From Promethearchaeota archaeon (GTDB lineage Archaea; Asgardarchaeota; Lokiarchaeia; Sigyniarchaeales; SOKP01): a stretch of DNA of 62,811 bases. The DNA lies in contig JBHLON010000020.1 in NCBI GenBank assembly GCA_048940445.1, positions 1-62,811 on the forward strand, written 5' to 3'. The notes beneath the pieces are model-generated. The model saw only the letters and a program-made list of their open reading frames with translations. It made no database searches and was not told where the DNA came from. Positions 1 through 10,300 of the stretch are shown in pieces. The stretch's first letter is position 1, and each line of letters begins with the position of its first letter. Made by a program: the position numbers and the translations under genes.

Positions 1-140
1 AAAGGTTCTCCACCAGGATTACCCATTTTGCAATTCACTTGCATTCCATCTGATAACATCTCGCATTCTATATTAAAATTTTTTTCTCCTGCATTCCAAT
101 CTGCCTTAATGGCATCATACGTTTCTTTAAAACTTGGCAT
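1..140 (-). CDS. N-terminal part of a protein truncated by the window edge; family uncertain (possibly OsmC-like)
   Basis: ATG at 140 opens a frame running off the window: MPSFKETYDAIKADWNAGEKNFNIECEMLSDGMQVNCKMGNPGGEP...; not in the ORF track. Confidence 0.6.
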   Translation of the reverse strand, partial: MPSFKETYDAIKADWNAGEKNFNIECEMLSDGMQVNCKMGNPGGEP

Positions 141-337
141 TTTTATTTCACTTCATTTATACTATATCGAATTAAGTCTTGAATTAATATTCAAAATGTA
201 TGTAAGATAAAATGAAATTTGATTTAAAATTGTCGATTTTATTTAGAATAAAGTCTTAATAATAAGTCATAATTAGGGCTATAACTTTTATAAAAGAATA
301 TATGATAATATTTTATAATTAAATAAAAGGGAAAATA

Positions 338-1693
338 ATGAATTTAGATCAAAAATCTCCTAAGTTAAAACGTAAAATTTCTCTATTTGGTCTTACTGCT
401 TATGGTGTTGGAAATGTATTAGGAGCGGGAATTTATGCTTTAATTGGAGAAGTGGTAGGTATAACTGGAAACTTAAGTTGGTTAGCATTTATTTTAGCGG
501 CAATAACAGGAGCCTTTACAGGACTCTCTTATGCTGAGCTCTCAACAATGTATCCAAAAAGTGCAGCAGAATTTGTGTATACAGAGCAAGCATTTAAAAA
601 AAGAATTTTATCCTTTATACTAGGGTGGATTATAATTTTCTCAGGAATCCTCTCGGCATCTACTGTTGCATTAGGTTTTGCTGGCTATATAGCAGATTTA
701 TTGGGAATAGATCTTATCAGTATGAAAGTAATTTTTGCTATTTACTTGATTTTAATTCTCAGTGTTATTAATTTCAATGGTATAAAGACTTCAACATGGA
801 TGAATATAGTTTTTACTATAATTGAAGCCTCAGGTTTAATTTTTATCATAATTATTGGGATACCCCACATTGGTTCAGTCAACTACTTTGAATTACCTCC
901 ATTCAGTTCTTTTGGGGCCATATTTTCAGCAATAGCATTAGTTTTTTTTGCCTATATTGGTTTTGAGGATATTGCAAATGTAGCTGAAGAAGTAAAGGAG
1001 CCTCATAGAAAGCTTCCAAAAGCGATAATAGGTTCAATTCTAATCACAACAATATTATATTGTTTAACAGCAATTTCAGTTGTTAGTATTTTACCATATT
1101 CAGAAATAGCGGCTTCAGGAGCTCCATTAAAGGACGTTGCTAATGCTGTCTTAGGACCTACAGGTGCAAGTATTATTAGTTTAATTGCATTATTTGCTAC
1201 CGCTAATACTGTCTTAATTATGTTAATTGTTACTACTCGAATGATATATGGAATGGCAAGAGATAAAGCTTTACCTGAAGGATTAAGCAAAATCTCCCCG
1301 AAGCATAGAATACCAATATCTGCTGCATTATTTACAATGATCTTCACAGCTATTTCTGTATTGTTCGGTGATATTACCATAGTAGCAAATGCCACTGTTT
1401 TGGGTGTTTTAATAACTTTTTTCCTAGTAAATATTAGCTTAATTGCATTAAGAAGAAGTAAACCTAAAGTAGAGAGACCATTTAAACTAAAACCTTCAAT
1501 AGGGTGGGTTCCAATAATAGCTCTACTTGGTTCTATCATTTGTGCGATATTAGTATTTACTTTTGAATGGTATATATATGTAATACAATTGATCATTATT
1601 GTGGTAGGATTACTTCTTTTTTATGCCATGAGATCAAAAATAGAAACCAAAGCTCTTCCGAAGATTCAAGAGGAAAAAGAGATAAAGATATAA
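338..1693 (+). CDS. APC-family amino acid permease
   Basis: About 12 TM segments; GNVLGAGIY (TM1), SYAELS and FAYIGFE (TM6) motifs; RPFK C-terminal motif. Confidence 0.92.
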   Translation: MNLDQKSPKLKRKISLFGLTAYGVGNVLGAGIYALIGEVVGITGNLSWLAFILAAITGAFTGLSYAELSTMYPKSAAEFVYTEQAFKKRILSFILGWIIIFSGILSASTVALGFAGYIADLLGIDLISMKVIFAIYLILILSVINFNGIKTSTWMNIVFTIIEASGLIFIIIIGIPHIGSVNYFELPPFSSFGAIFSAIALVFFAYIGFEDIANVAEEVKEPHRKLPKAIIGSILITTILYCLTAISVVSILPYSEIAASGAPLKDVANAVLGPTGASIISLIALFATANTVLIMLIVTTRMIYGMARDKALPEGLSKISPKHRIPISAALFTMIFTAISVLFGDITIVANATVLGVLITFFLVNISLIALRRSKPKVERPFKLKPSIGWVPIIALLGSIICAILVFTFEWYIYVIQLIIIVVGLLLFYAMRSKIETKALPKIQEEKEIKI

Positions 1694-1695
1694 TC

Positions 1696-2853
1696 TTACT
1701 TAATCGTTTCTAATAGAAAATCTGTTATATATCTAATTTTTTTATTATTCTGAGTCTTATAATTTACATAACGATAATTAAATACGCATAGAGGGCATGA
1801 TGTGATAATTTCTTCAGTTGGAGCTTGTTCAAGGATTTTAGATCCGATTTTTATGGAAATACTGCTATCAACACCTCTTATACCGGAGCCTGCTCCGCAA
1901 CACGGAGATGTATCTTTATTATTGCTCAATTCATTTATTTTCTGTGAAGTTTGAGTTAATAGTTCACGAGGCTCATCATAAATTTCCAAAGAATTAAGTT
2001 TTCTACCAAGACGACATGGGTCATGATAAGTAATTTCTTTCTTTAATTTAGAAAATTTAATTTTACCTCGGTGAAAAAGTTCATATATTACTTGGATTAC
2101 ATGTTTTACATCTATATCCCAACCTTCTATATATTTTGGATAAACATTGTTATAGGCATATAAGCATCCACCACATGTTGTTATTATACTTTTTATCCCT
2201 AATGCCTTGAACTTCTTATAATTATCATTAAATATTTTTTTTGCAAGCTCTAAATTTCCAGCAGAATATACATATTCACCACAACATGGTTCTCTCTCTA
2301 ATATTTTAAAATCATATCCTCCCATTTTTAAAAGCTCATAGGATGCACTTGCGCTCTCTCTGACACGAAAAGAAGACATACAACCAAGGAATAATAGAGT
2401 GTCAGATTCTGTAGATTCGAAATTTTCCTGAGATTTAAATTTTTCAGGAATCCATTCTAGTCTCTCATCTGGATTTCCTTTTACACTGTTATCTTTCTCA
2501 ATGATATCTTTAATGATTTCATTATGAATTTCCAATGGTGCTTTATTCAATTCTACCAATTTAACTTTTGCGTGGTGGATAATATTTGCAATTGGAATAT
2601 CATTTTTGCAAGCGAGATCACACAACTCACAGAGTGTACATGTATATAGTGCTATAATTTCTTCACTAGTAATATTTTTATTTTGAAATATTTTTTCAAC
2701 TATTTTTAATCTTCCATTTGGTGATTTTAAGAGATCATGAGTTACTTGATAGGTATCACATTCTTCAAGGCATTCTAAACAATCAGTACACAATTGGATT
2801 TGCTCAATTAAGTTTTTATTTTCCATCTCAATAATACTTTCATTTAGTTCCAA
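1696..2853 (-). CDS. Fe-S oxidoreductase, HdrD/GlpC-like (2x[4Fe-4S] plus two CCG domains)
   Basis: CTDCLECLEEC and CTLCELCDLAC ferredoxin motifs; PCCG, TCGGC, YHDPC, CCGAG and SCPLC. Confidence 0.9.
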   Translation of the reverse strand: MELNESIIEMENKNLIEQIQLCTDCLECLEECDTYQVTHDLLKSPNGRLKIVEKIFQNKNITSEEIIALYTCTLCELCDLACKNDIPIANIIHHAKVKLVELNKAPLEIHNEIIKDIIEKDNSVKGNPDERLEWIPEKFKSQENFESTESDTLLFLGCMSSFRVRESASASYELLKMGGYDFKILEREPCCGEYVYSAGNLELAKKIFNDNYKKFKALGIKSIITTCGGCLYAYNNVYPKYIEGWDIDVKHVIQVIYELFHRGKIKFSKLKKEITYHDPCRLGRKLNSLEIYDEPRELLTQTSQKINELSNNKDTSPCCGAGSGIRGVDSSISIKIGSKILEQAPTEEIITSCPLCVFNYRYVNYKTQNNKKIRYITDFLLETIK

Positions 2854-3599
2854 TTATTCTCAATATCATTTATATTTTTATATCCCACCACATTGTCTCT
2901 AAGAAAAATTGAAAACCTAGTCTTTTTATTTTTATACTTTTTAAGAATTTTAAGGAGAACTAAATGTTCTGGAATATTATAGATTTCTTTGTACTTTTCT
3001 CCAACCCCTTCAGAATATTGATATTGTTGCAAAACAAAGTTCCCTCTAAATCTATTTTTCTTGAGAAATGTGATGATTTTATGAATATCTTTTGTTGTTA
3101 GTAAATTCTCTACGTATGTAGTTCTTATTTCAAATTCAATAGTGTTCTGATTATTGACAAGTTTGAATGTTTCAAGGATGGGATCAATATCAATTTTGCA
3201 ATTAACAACACGTTCATATATTTTTTTATTAGGGGATGCTTTTAGATCTAAAGATATTCTATTAATATATGGAAGTAGCTTCTTTATCACAGATGGATTT
3301 GTACCATTTGTATCAATATTTATTAACTTCCCGTTTTTATGTATTTCTTGACATAATTCTATTAATTCTTTTTGAAGAGTAGGTTCTCCACCACTAATAC
3401 TAACCCAACTGACTAATACATTACTTTTTACATGATTTAATATCTCATTAATTTTCATGTTTCTTCCTACTTTAGGATTGAGCAGATTTTTATTATGGCA
3501 GAAAGAACAGTTTAAATTACATCCAACAGAGAAAATAACCATTGAAGTTTTACTTGGAACATCTTTTGTTGAAATATCAATGATTCCCCCCACTCTCAT
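2844..3599 (-). CDS. Radical SAM activating enzyme (anaerobic ribonucleotide reductase activase, NrdG-like)
   Basis: CNLNCSFC triad, SGGEPTLQ, DTNGT and EIRTT motifs. Confidence 0.85.
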   Translation of the reverse strand: MRVGGIIDISTKDVPSKTSMVIFSVGCNLNCSFCHNKNLLNPKVGRNMKINEILNHVKSNVLVSWVSISGGEPTLQKELIELCQEIHKNGKLINIDTNGTNPSVIKKLLPYINRISLDLKASPNKKIYERVVNCKIDIDPILETFKLVNNQNTIEFEIRTTYVENLLTTKDIHKIITFLKKNRFRGNFVLQQYQYSEGVGEKYKEIYNIPEHLVLLKILKKYKNKKTRFSIFLRDNVVGYKNINDIENNWN

Positions 3600-3608
3600 G
3601 CTATCACT

Positions 3609-4505
3609 TTAAAAATTCATTCGAACGAAATCATCAACTTCATATAATGTTAAATTAAAGGGACCTGGAGTTTCTAATTTAAGAGAAGTCATAGCTGTTG
3701 AGAATTTCAAAGATTCTTTAGGTGATTTAGAAATTCTGGATCCCAGATAACTAATAAAAGCAGTGTCACCTCTTCCTGTTCTACCTAAAATTAATCTATT
3801 TTTCCACGGATAGAAGTAGATATCTCCTAATGCGTATAAAGAAATTCCTTTTTCATGGGTAGCGATAATTTCTCTTGGTCCATAACTGCTTAATTCAATT
3901 AATGCGTCGTCAATGTTATTATGGTTTGTAAGGACTCTAGCTTCTTTTTGATCAATTTTAAGATAACTAATGCATGATAAGATGTTCTTTATTTCATTTT
4001 TTGATAATCTCTCGTAAGTAATTTTGTTATTTTTTCTAATCCGTATAAATCCTTGAATATCTAATGCGAGTCTTCCATTGAATCTTTCATATAAAAACTC
4101 AAGCAATTGAGCATCGATTTCACCTGCAATTATTGAGCCTATTACAAAGAATTGAGGATTTATATCGGGAATATTTTCCTTTTTAAATAATCCAGCAAAT
4201 CCTAACGGTTTATAATCTCTAACTTCTAGATTTTTTGAAGAATAGATATTCCATAATCCTGATGTTTCTTTTGAAGGGTAAGCAAAATATTGAATCCCTT
4301 TTTTTTTAAAAATTTCCAGAATTGAGAAATCTTCGGCTTTTAATAATGTAATAATCGAAATTTTTAATCCCATATGACTTCCCGCAATCCCGCCGTAATA
4401 AACTGTGCCTCCTAATGATTCAGTGACTTTTCCATCCACTTCTATAATATCTTTAGCAATATGCCCTAAAATAGCAATATCAGAATCATATCTAACATTA
4501 TCCAT
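3609..4505 (-). CDS. PfkB/ribokinase-family carbohydrate kinase
   Basis: GHIAKD...GGTVYYG N-terminus, LDIQG, and GRTGRGDT anion-hole motif. Confidence 0.88.
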   Translation of the reverse strand: MDNVRYDSDIAILGHIAKDIIEVDGKVTESLGGTVYYGGIAGSHMGLKISIITLLKAEDFSILEIFKKKGIQYFAYPSKETSGLWNIYSSKNLEVRDYKPLGFAGLFKKENIPDINPQFFVIGSIIAGEIDAQLLEFLYERFNGRLALDIQGFIRIRKNNKITYERLSKNEIKNILSCISYLKIDQKEARVLTNHNNIDDALIELSSYGPREIIATHEKGISLYALGDIYFYPWKNRLILGRTGRGDTAFISYLGSRISKSPKESLKFSTAMTSLKLETPGPFNLTLYEVDDFVRMNF

Positions 4506-4668
4506 AATAACAATAAGAATAATTGATTAACTATTTAAGAAATTAACTACCTAATCAACTTAACGTTTCAATAAGTCATTTATTCTTGTCTTTAAATGAG
4601 AAGAATTAATTAGGATATTAGTAATTTATAAACTTTAAGAAAAGAATCTTTAAAAAACTACTTTAAAT

Positions 4669-4881
4669 TCATTCATATATTAATGAGGGGTTTGTTTTAT
4701 CACGAATATAAGTAGCAATTATCCTTTCTTCAATTTCATGAAGCTTTGAGCTATTAAAGTCACTACAATTCCAGTCATAGCTCTTTCTATCATCTTTAAA
4801 GACCACACTACAATGAATTTCATGATAAGTACCTTTTGTATATTCTTTGCCACATACTAAACATTTTTTCATTATGATCAA
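4669..4881 (-). CDS. Small putative zinc-finger protein
   Basis: CLVC-x9-H-x2-H-C pattern; start may be the second ATG. Confidence 0.6.
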   Translation of the reverse strand: MIIMKKCLVCGKEYTKGTYHEIHCSVVFKDDRKSYDWNCSDFNSSKLHEIEERIIATYIRDKTNPSLIYE

Positions 4882-5277
4882 CTTTTTTCTAAAAAATTTT
4901 CTATTAATGCATTCTCTTCCTTAACATATATTAGCTCTTTTTCATATTTAAACCTTCCCATTACTTTCCCAACGTATTAAAGAAAACAAAAGTAAGACTC
5001 ATTCGACAAAAATCCCGCGATTTATTATGAGAAATGAAAAAATTTCAGAAATAATCACAATAATTATAAATTTTTTATTCTAGATGTGATGCTTTATAAT
5101 ATTTATGGTTGATTATTGAAAATAGTTTAGAGTTAAATGATTGTAATTGCAAACTAAAAAAACCTCTCATTAAATGAATAATAATTCCGTGTTATGGTTT
5201 TATAATTTATTTTCAAAATCTTTTTTAATTCTAATAATTTTTTATAATTACAATTTAGTAAAATTTATAGTTACTAT

Positions 5278-5592
5278 TTGACCAAGGTATGGGATATAAT
5301 GGCTATTGATGATCTTATAAGTTTTTTGAAGAAGAAAGGTTTTAGAGATACACTGGAAGTCCTAACTCAATTTAAGAGCTATAAAGTGGATAAGCATACA
5401 TTCTACAATGAGTTGAACAAATTTAGTTATTATAATTCATTCTTTCGAGTGAAAGATGATTTGATTGATAAAGGACTAATTGAAATTGAGCACAATCAGA
5501 GTAATAAAAAGAAGTACGTAAAACTTACTGAGAAGGGCTTAGATGTGTACAATAAACTAGTCGAGATAAATAAATTGATAAATTCCAGATAA
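5278..5592 (+). CDS. Winged-helix DNA-binding protein (MarR/ArsR-like)
   Basis: LIDKGLIE...YVKLTEKG wing motif; ATG at 5299 is an alternative start. Confidence 0.8.
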   Translation: MTKVWDIMAIDDLISFLKKKGFRDTLEVLTQFKSYKVDKHTFYNELNKFSYYNSFFRVKDDLIDKGLIEIEHNQSNKKKYVKLTEKGLDVYNKLVEINKLINSR

Positions 5593-5698
5593 AATCGCTA
5601 AATAGTAATTCTTTAAAGAATTTTTCTGAATTTTTCTTAATTTTTCTTAATTTTTTTTTTAATTCTTATCAATTAAAATTAATTAAATTCAAAATAAG

Positions 5699-6331
5699 AT
5701 GATATTTAAAAGACTTGTAGTAGGACCTTTATCAACTAACTGCTATATTTTTGGGTCTGAAATCAGTAAGGAAGTTGTTATTATTGATGCTGGTGGTAAT
5801 AGTGATAAAATTATTGAAACTGTCAGAAAATTTAATGCTCAACCTAAAGCCTTATTATTAACCCACGGGCATTTTGATCATACTATGAAAATTGATAAAA
5901 TTTTAAGGCATTTTGATATACCCCTAATGTACAATAAGAAAGAATTTGAGTCAGGGATTTTTACACAAAAAAAAGCAGATAAATGGTTAAAAGAAGGTGA
6001 TACTATAAATATCGCTGATTTAAATTTACATGTTTTGGAAACTCCAGGACATTCTCCTGGATCTATTTGTTTTTATACTAAAGATGTTAAGAATTATAAG
6101 GATTTAGAAATTGATGGGATACTTTTTTCAGGAGACCTTATTTTTCGTAGGAGTATAGGAAGATCGGATATTCAAGGTGGGAATTCCAACCAATTATTTG
6201 AAAGTATTCGAAATAAGATAATGTATAATATAACCTTTACAGACAAATTTATCATATTTCCAGGTCATATGGGAGAAACTTTTGTTGGGGAAGAGCGCAA
6301 AATGAATCAATTTAAAAATTATTTTCTCTAA
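5699..6331 (+). CDS. Metallo-beta-lactamase-fold hydrolase (glyoxalase II-like)
   Basis: THGHFDH, TPGHSPG, SGD and PGH motifs. Confidence 0.92.
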   Translation: MIFKRLVVGPLSTNCYIFGSEISKEVVIIDAGGNSDKIIETVRKFNAQPKALLLTHGHFDHTMKIDKILRHFDIPLMYNKKEFESGIFTQKKADKWLKEGDTINIADLNLHVLETPGHSPGSICFYTKDVKNYKDLEIDGILFSGDLIFRRSIGRSDIQGGNSNQLFESIRNKIMYNITFTDKFIIFPGHMGETFVGEERKMNQFKNYFL

Positions 6332-6467
6332 CTAAACTTAAGAATTAATTTTAGGATTACTAATTTTATTTAATATTTATTTAATAAGATGATAATTTTT
6401 TAAATACAAAATATATTATATTATTAAAAATTAGTTTTTAACAAGGATTAATTGAGAGTAGATAAAT

Positions 6468-6752
6468 TTGATTAATAGAAGTGAAGTCAAGGCTATTATA
6501 CGCCGATTTGAGGAACGTGAGGGAATTCGGGGAGTAATTATCTGTGACTCAACGGGATTACCAATTGATTCAAATATGGATATTAATATGAGTGAAGAAG
6601 TAGCTGCGTATGTTACATCATTGATTGGTAAAGGAAAACAAGTGGTTGAGGCTTTAAATGAGGGTGCTCTAAAATTCATAAGGCTGGAGACTTCTAAAGG
6701 GGAGACTATGATCGCTCTTGAATCTAATCTAATTTTGATTATATTGAAGTAA
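6468..6752 (+). CDS. Roadblock/LC7 domain protein (dynein light chain roadblock-like)
   Basis: 94 aa; GIRGVIICDSTGLPIDS...YVTSLIGKG...LKFIRLETSKGETMIA pattern. Confidence 0.88.
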   Translation: MINRSEVKAIIRRFEEREGIRGVIICDSTGLPIDSNMDINMSEEVAAYVTSLIGKGKQVVEALNEGALKFIRLETSKGETMIALESNLILIILK

Positions 6753-6969
6753 ATTTTGGAAATCTTTTTTAAATTTTAACCCATTATTTTATCGTGAAGG
6801 CAATTTTCTAAAAAATCTTAGAATCTAATGCTATTCAATATGGACATATTAATTCCATTTCGAATTTTTAAATACTTGATAAATTTAAATTTCTTTAAAT
6901 TATATATATATTTAAGAAAATTTCTTACCTCAATTTAGAAAGGTAAAAAGAAATAAAAGTTGCATATAT

Positions 6970-7317
6970 ATGGATAAAAAAGTAATTGAGAAGAAATTAG
7001 CAGAATTAATGGATATTGTACCCGAATGCGAAGGATTAATTGCAGCAGATGCTAATGGCAAGGTCATTATCGGTCAAACGATAACTGAAATGGATCATGA
7101 TGTTATAGCAAAAGCCTGTGCGAATATAGTAAAAGATTCAAATTCATTAGGTAAAGATATTGGCAAGGGGAAACTAAAAACCACTACTATTGAACTAGAT
7201 GATGGTTTTGCCGTTTTAGTGGGTTCAGATACATTAATTTTGATTGCTCTAGCGGGTCTTGATGGGCGATCATCACTTAGTCTTTTAAAAAGAAATTTGA
7301 TATCAATTTTAAATTAA
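6970..7317 (+). CDS. Roadblock/LC7 (MglB/LAMTOR-like) domain protein
   Basis: Helix, GLIAADANGKVI, helix, three strands, then a C-terminal helix (SLSLLKRNL). Confidence 0.82.
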   Translation: MDKKVIEKKLAELMDIVPECEGLIAADANGKVIIGQTITEMDHDVIAKACANIVKDSNSLGKDIGKGKLKTTTIELDDGFAVLVGSDTLILIALAGLDGRSSLSLLKRNLISILN

Positions 7318-7366
7318 TTTATTCCATCTTTTTTTAAAAATGAAAATTTAAGAAAAAGATTTTAAT

Positions 7367-10300
7367 TTACTTTTTATTTTTATCCTTAAGGCCTTTTTCT
7401 TCTAATAAAGAGTCTAAATCTGTCTTCTCAGCTTTTTCCACTTCTTTTTGCTCACCTTTAATTTCTGAAACTTTCACATATTTGCCACGTTTAGGTTTCT
7501 TTTTCGTTGGTTCTTCTATTGGAGTCTCAATACGTTTTATAAGTCTCTTTATTGAACTATATATGATTAACCAAAATAAAATGATAACTCCTATAATCAA
7601 AATAGTCAAGAAAGGAATAATGTAATCTAATATGGGGAGATCAAAGGTTTTGAAAGTCTGGGAAGTATGAAGGGTGATTAGTTCCTTTGTAATAATATTT
7701 TGTGCTTCAATTGAAACATTAATTGTAAACTTATTTACTGAAGATACATCAATTTCGAGAATAACTACAGTAGATTCTCCTGACTTTAAATAATTAAGAT
7801 GATTATAATCAATTTGAACAATTTTATTTACTAACCTTGGTTGAATCGTAATGGATATATTTGATGTGGGTATGTATAAGCTAGATGATCCATTATTAAT
7901 AATAGTTAATTTAATTGTTGTTTTTGTATTTCTATAAATTTGTGGAACATTCTTATAGATCGAAATTCTAAGATCATTCACTTCTCTGTATAAATCTACT
8001 GTGACATTTTGAGCATTACTTAATCTATAAATATCTCCTGACCAGATTAACCTAAATACTGATTGATCTTCTTCATTTAAGACTAAAGTGTCAATTTCAA
8101 AATTAATATATCCTTCATTATTCGAAAGTTTTGAAGATAAATTCTCCCATGAATTATCATAGTATTGAAGTGTTACATTTTTTGATGATAATGGGTCTCC
8201 AAATTCATTAGTTAAAACTGCACTAAGATTAAATTTTTGCCCCCGAATAGGAGATTCTGGATCTACTGTAATATTTGAGAATTTACTATTCTCTTTTAAG
8301 GCGAATGATTTAATAAAATCGTTATAACTACTCACGTAATTTTTATCATAGATATTTACAACGAAAGTTGTTTGTTCTGGTAGATAGGTGCATTCATTTC
8401 TGTTAAACGGTTTTAATATTGAAGATCCCGTTATTTCTTTATCATATTTTAATGCTAATAAGTATCCCTCAAAATTATTTTGTGTACTGTTAACAATCAA
8501 AGAATAGTCTTTACTCTCATAGGTTCCTAAATTTACATCCTCATTTTGATATTTAATGATTATTGTTAATTTAGTTAATGCTCCTCCTTTTCTAATAGGT
8601 GCATTAACACCTTGCCAGATTCCATCATTATATAAATGCGGTATGTTAAGATCTAATGAGAATTCTTGAATATCTCTCCCAAGGGGGTCTCCTTTCAATT
8701 TCAATGTTTGATAGTTTGAAGTTACCTCACTAATAATCCATTCTTTATTTACTAAAGAAACTAGTTGAGCCTTTACTTTTACATCTACATCGCTCAATTC
8801 AAATAAGTTTTGTAGTGTAACTTTTAAATTAACCGTCTCATCTGGGTTTATAATTGTCTCATTTTGAAGAAAATCCTTCAAGACGATTGGAATTTGCATG
8901 TTGCCAACCTTAAAATTATATTCTTGATTGATATCATAATTTTTAACGGGGTAAAAGTTAGGTCGGTTAGTGACATTCACAGTTCCTATAAGGATCGAAT
9001 AACTCTGATATACTTTATCTACACCTCCAGATAAAATGTTTTTATCTAATACGGGCTCATAAAAAAAATCATCTAAATCAACCTTATAAGAATCAATATA
9101 TAGTCTAAGTTTTTTACAACCGATCGCTGAACCATTAGTCCAAAAGAAACCTAAGAAATAATCTCCAAAATAGCTTAACGTATTCCTAATTTGTAAAAGA
9201 GTATCGTTATTGAAATCATAACTAAGTAAAGATCCTTTAATTACACCTGTTAAATCATTTTTTTCTCCTCCAGGATATTCACCTCCTGGATTTTCAGGGT
9301 AAAATAATTTTACATTAGCATTTCCTCCTTTTGGTGGATTTCCATTTATATCTTGAATGTCAACACTCGTTGTCATATTATCTCCAAACATAAACCCATT
9401 CGTCTCCCATAAGGTCCCACGATAGTCATTAAAACTATGCATTTGGAAGACTAGATTTGGACTGGCTGCTTTTAAAGTATAAGTACCATAATTACCATTA
9501 ATTAAAGTAGTATTTACTATAATTTTGTCATAACCTAATTTAGAAGTTACTCCCGATTCTCCTGAAGTATCAGGATATAAATCCTCATCATTTGGATTAG
9601 TTAGGTTACTTGGCTCATAGGAATTTGGAAAGAGAAACCAAATTTCAAGGAAATTCCAGTTATTAATATCTGTATGAGTTGATGTGAGATCAAAACTTAA
9701 GGACCATCTTGGTAAGGCATCATATGTGCAATTATAAATTGTAGAAGTTAATTCAATCCAATATGCTTTAACTGAATAGGTAACATTAAAATTAAACCCC
9801 TTTGTAACGGTTTCATTCCAATTAAGATTTACCTGAAAATTATTTGGAGGAATTGCACTAATAGCTGTTGTAAATTCATTGTTCCATTGACCTAAACCCC
9901 ATGTTAAATATGAACTATCTGCATATATTCCAGTATCATCAACTTGATCTTGTATTGTCATATTTTGTATATTCAAGTTATCATTCTCAGATTTCCAAAA
10001 ATCTGAGGGCATGTAACCCCGTGTAACATTTATTTTAAATGAACTTGCATCAAGGGGTTCAGAATCGTAAGGAATTGTAGAAGGAACTGTTTTTCGAGCT
10101 ATCTTCCAACTTACACCACTATTAGATGTCATTCTTAATTGATGATCAGCACGATCATCCGGATCTCCAAAAAAGAATAGTGGAATTGTTGTTAAACTGT
10201 ACACATTTTCAGAGCGATTAGATTTTATTACTATAAAATAGTTGTATAACTTTAGATCCATCGTATGAGCTGTATTGAATGCAAAATAAGCTAATTTATC

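Noticed and set aside
28-210. 60-aa plus-strand ORF
   Set aside because: Antisense shadow of the more protein-like minus-strand CDS starting at 140.
5618-5665. AATTTTTCTT-type short tandem repeat
   Set aside because: Low-complexity T-rich tract after a stop codon, consistent with an ordinary archaeal terminator. Not CRISPR, as there are no spacers.
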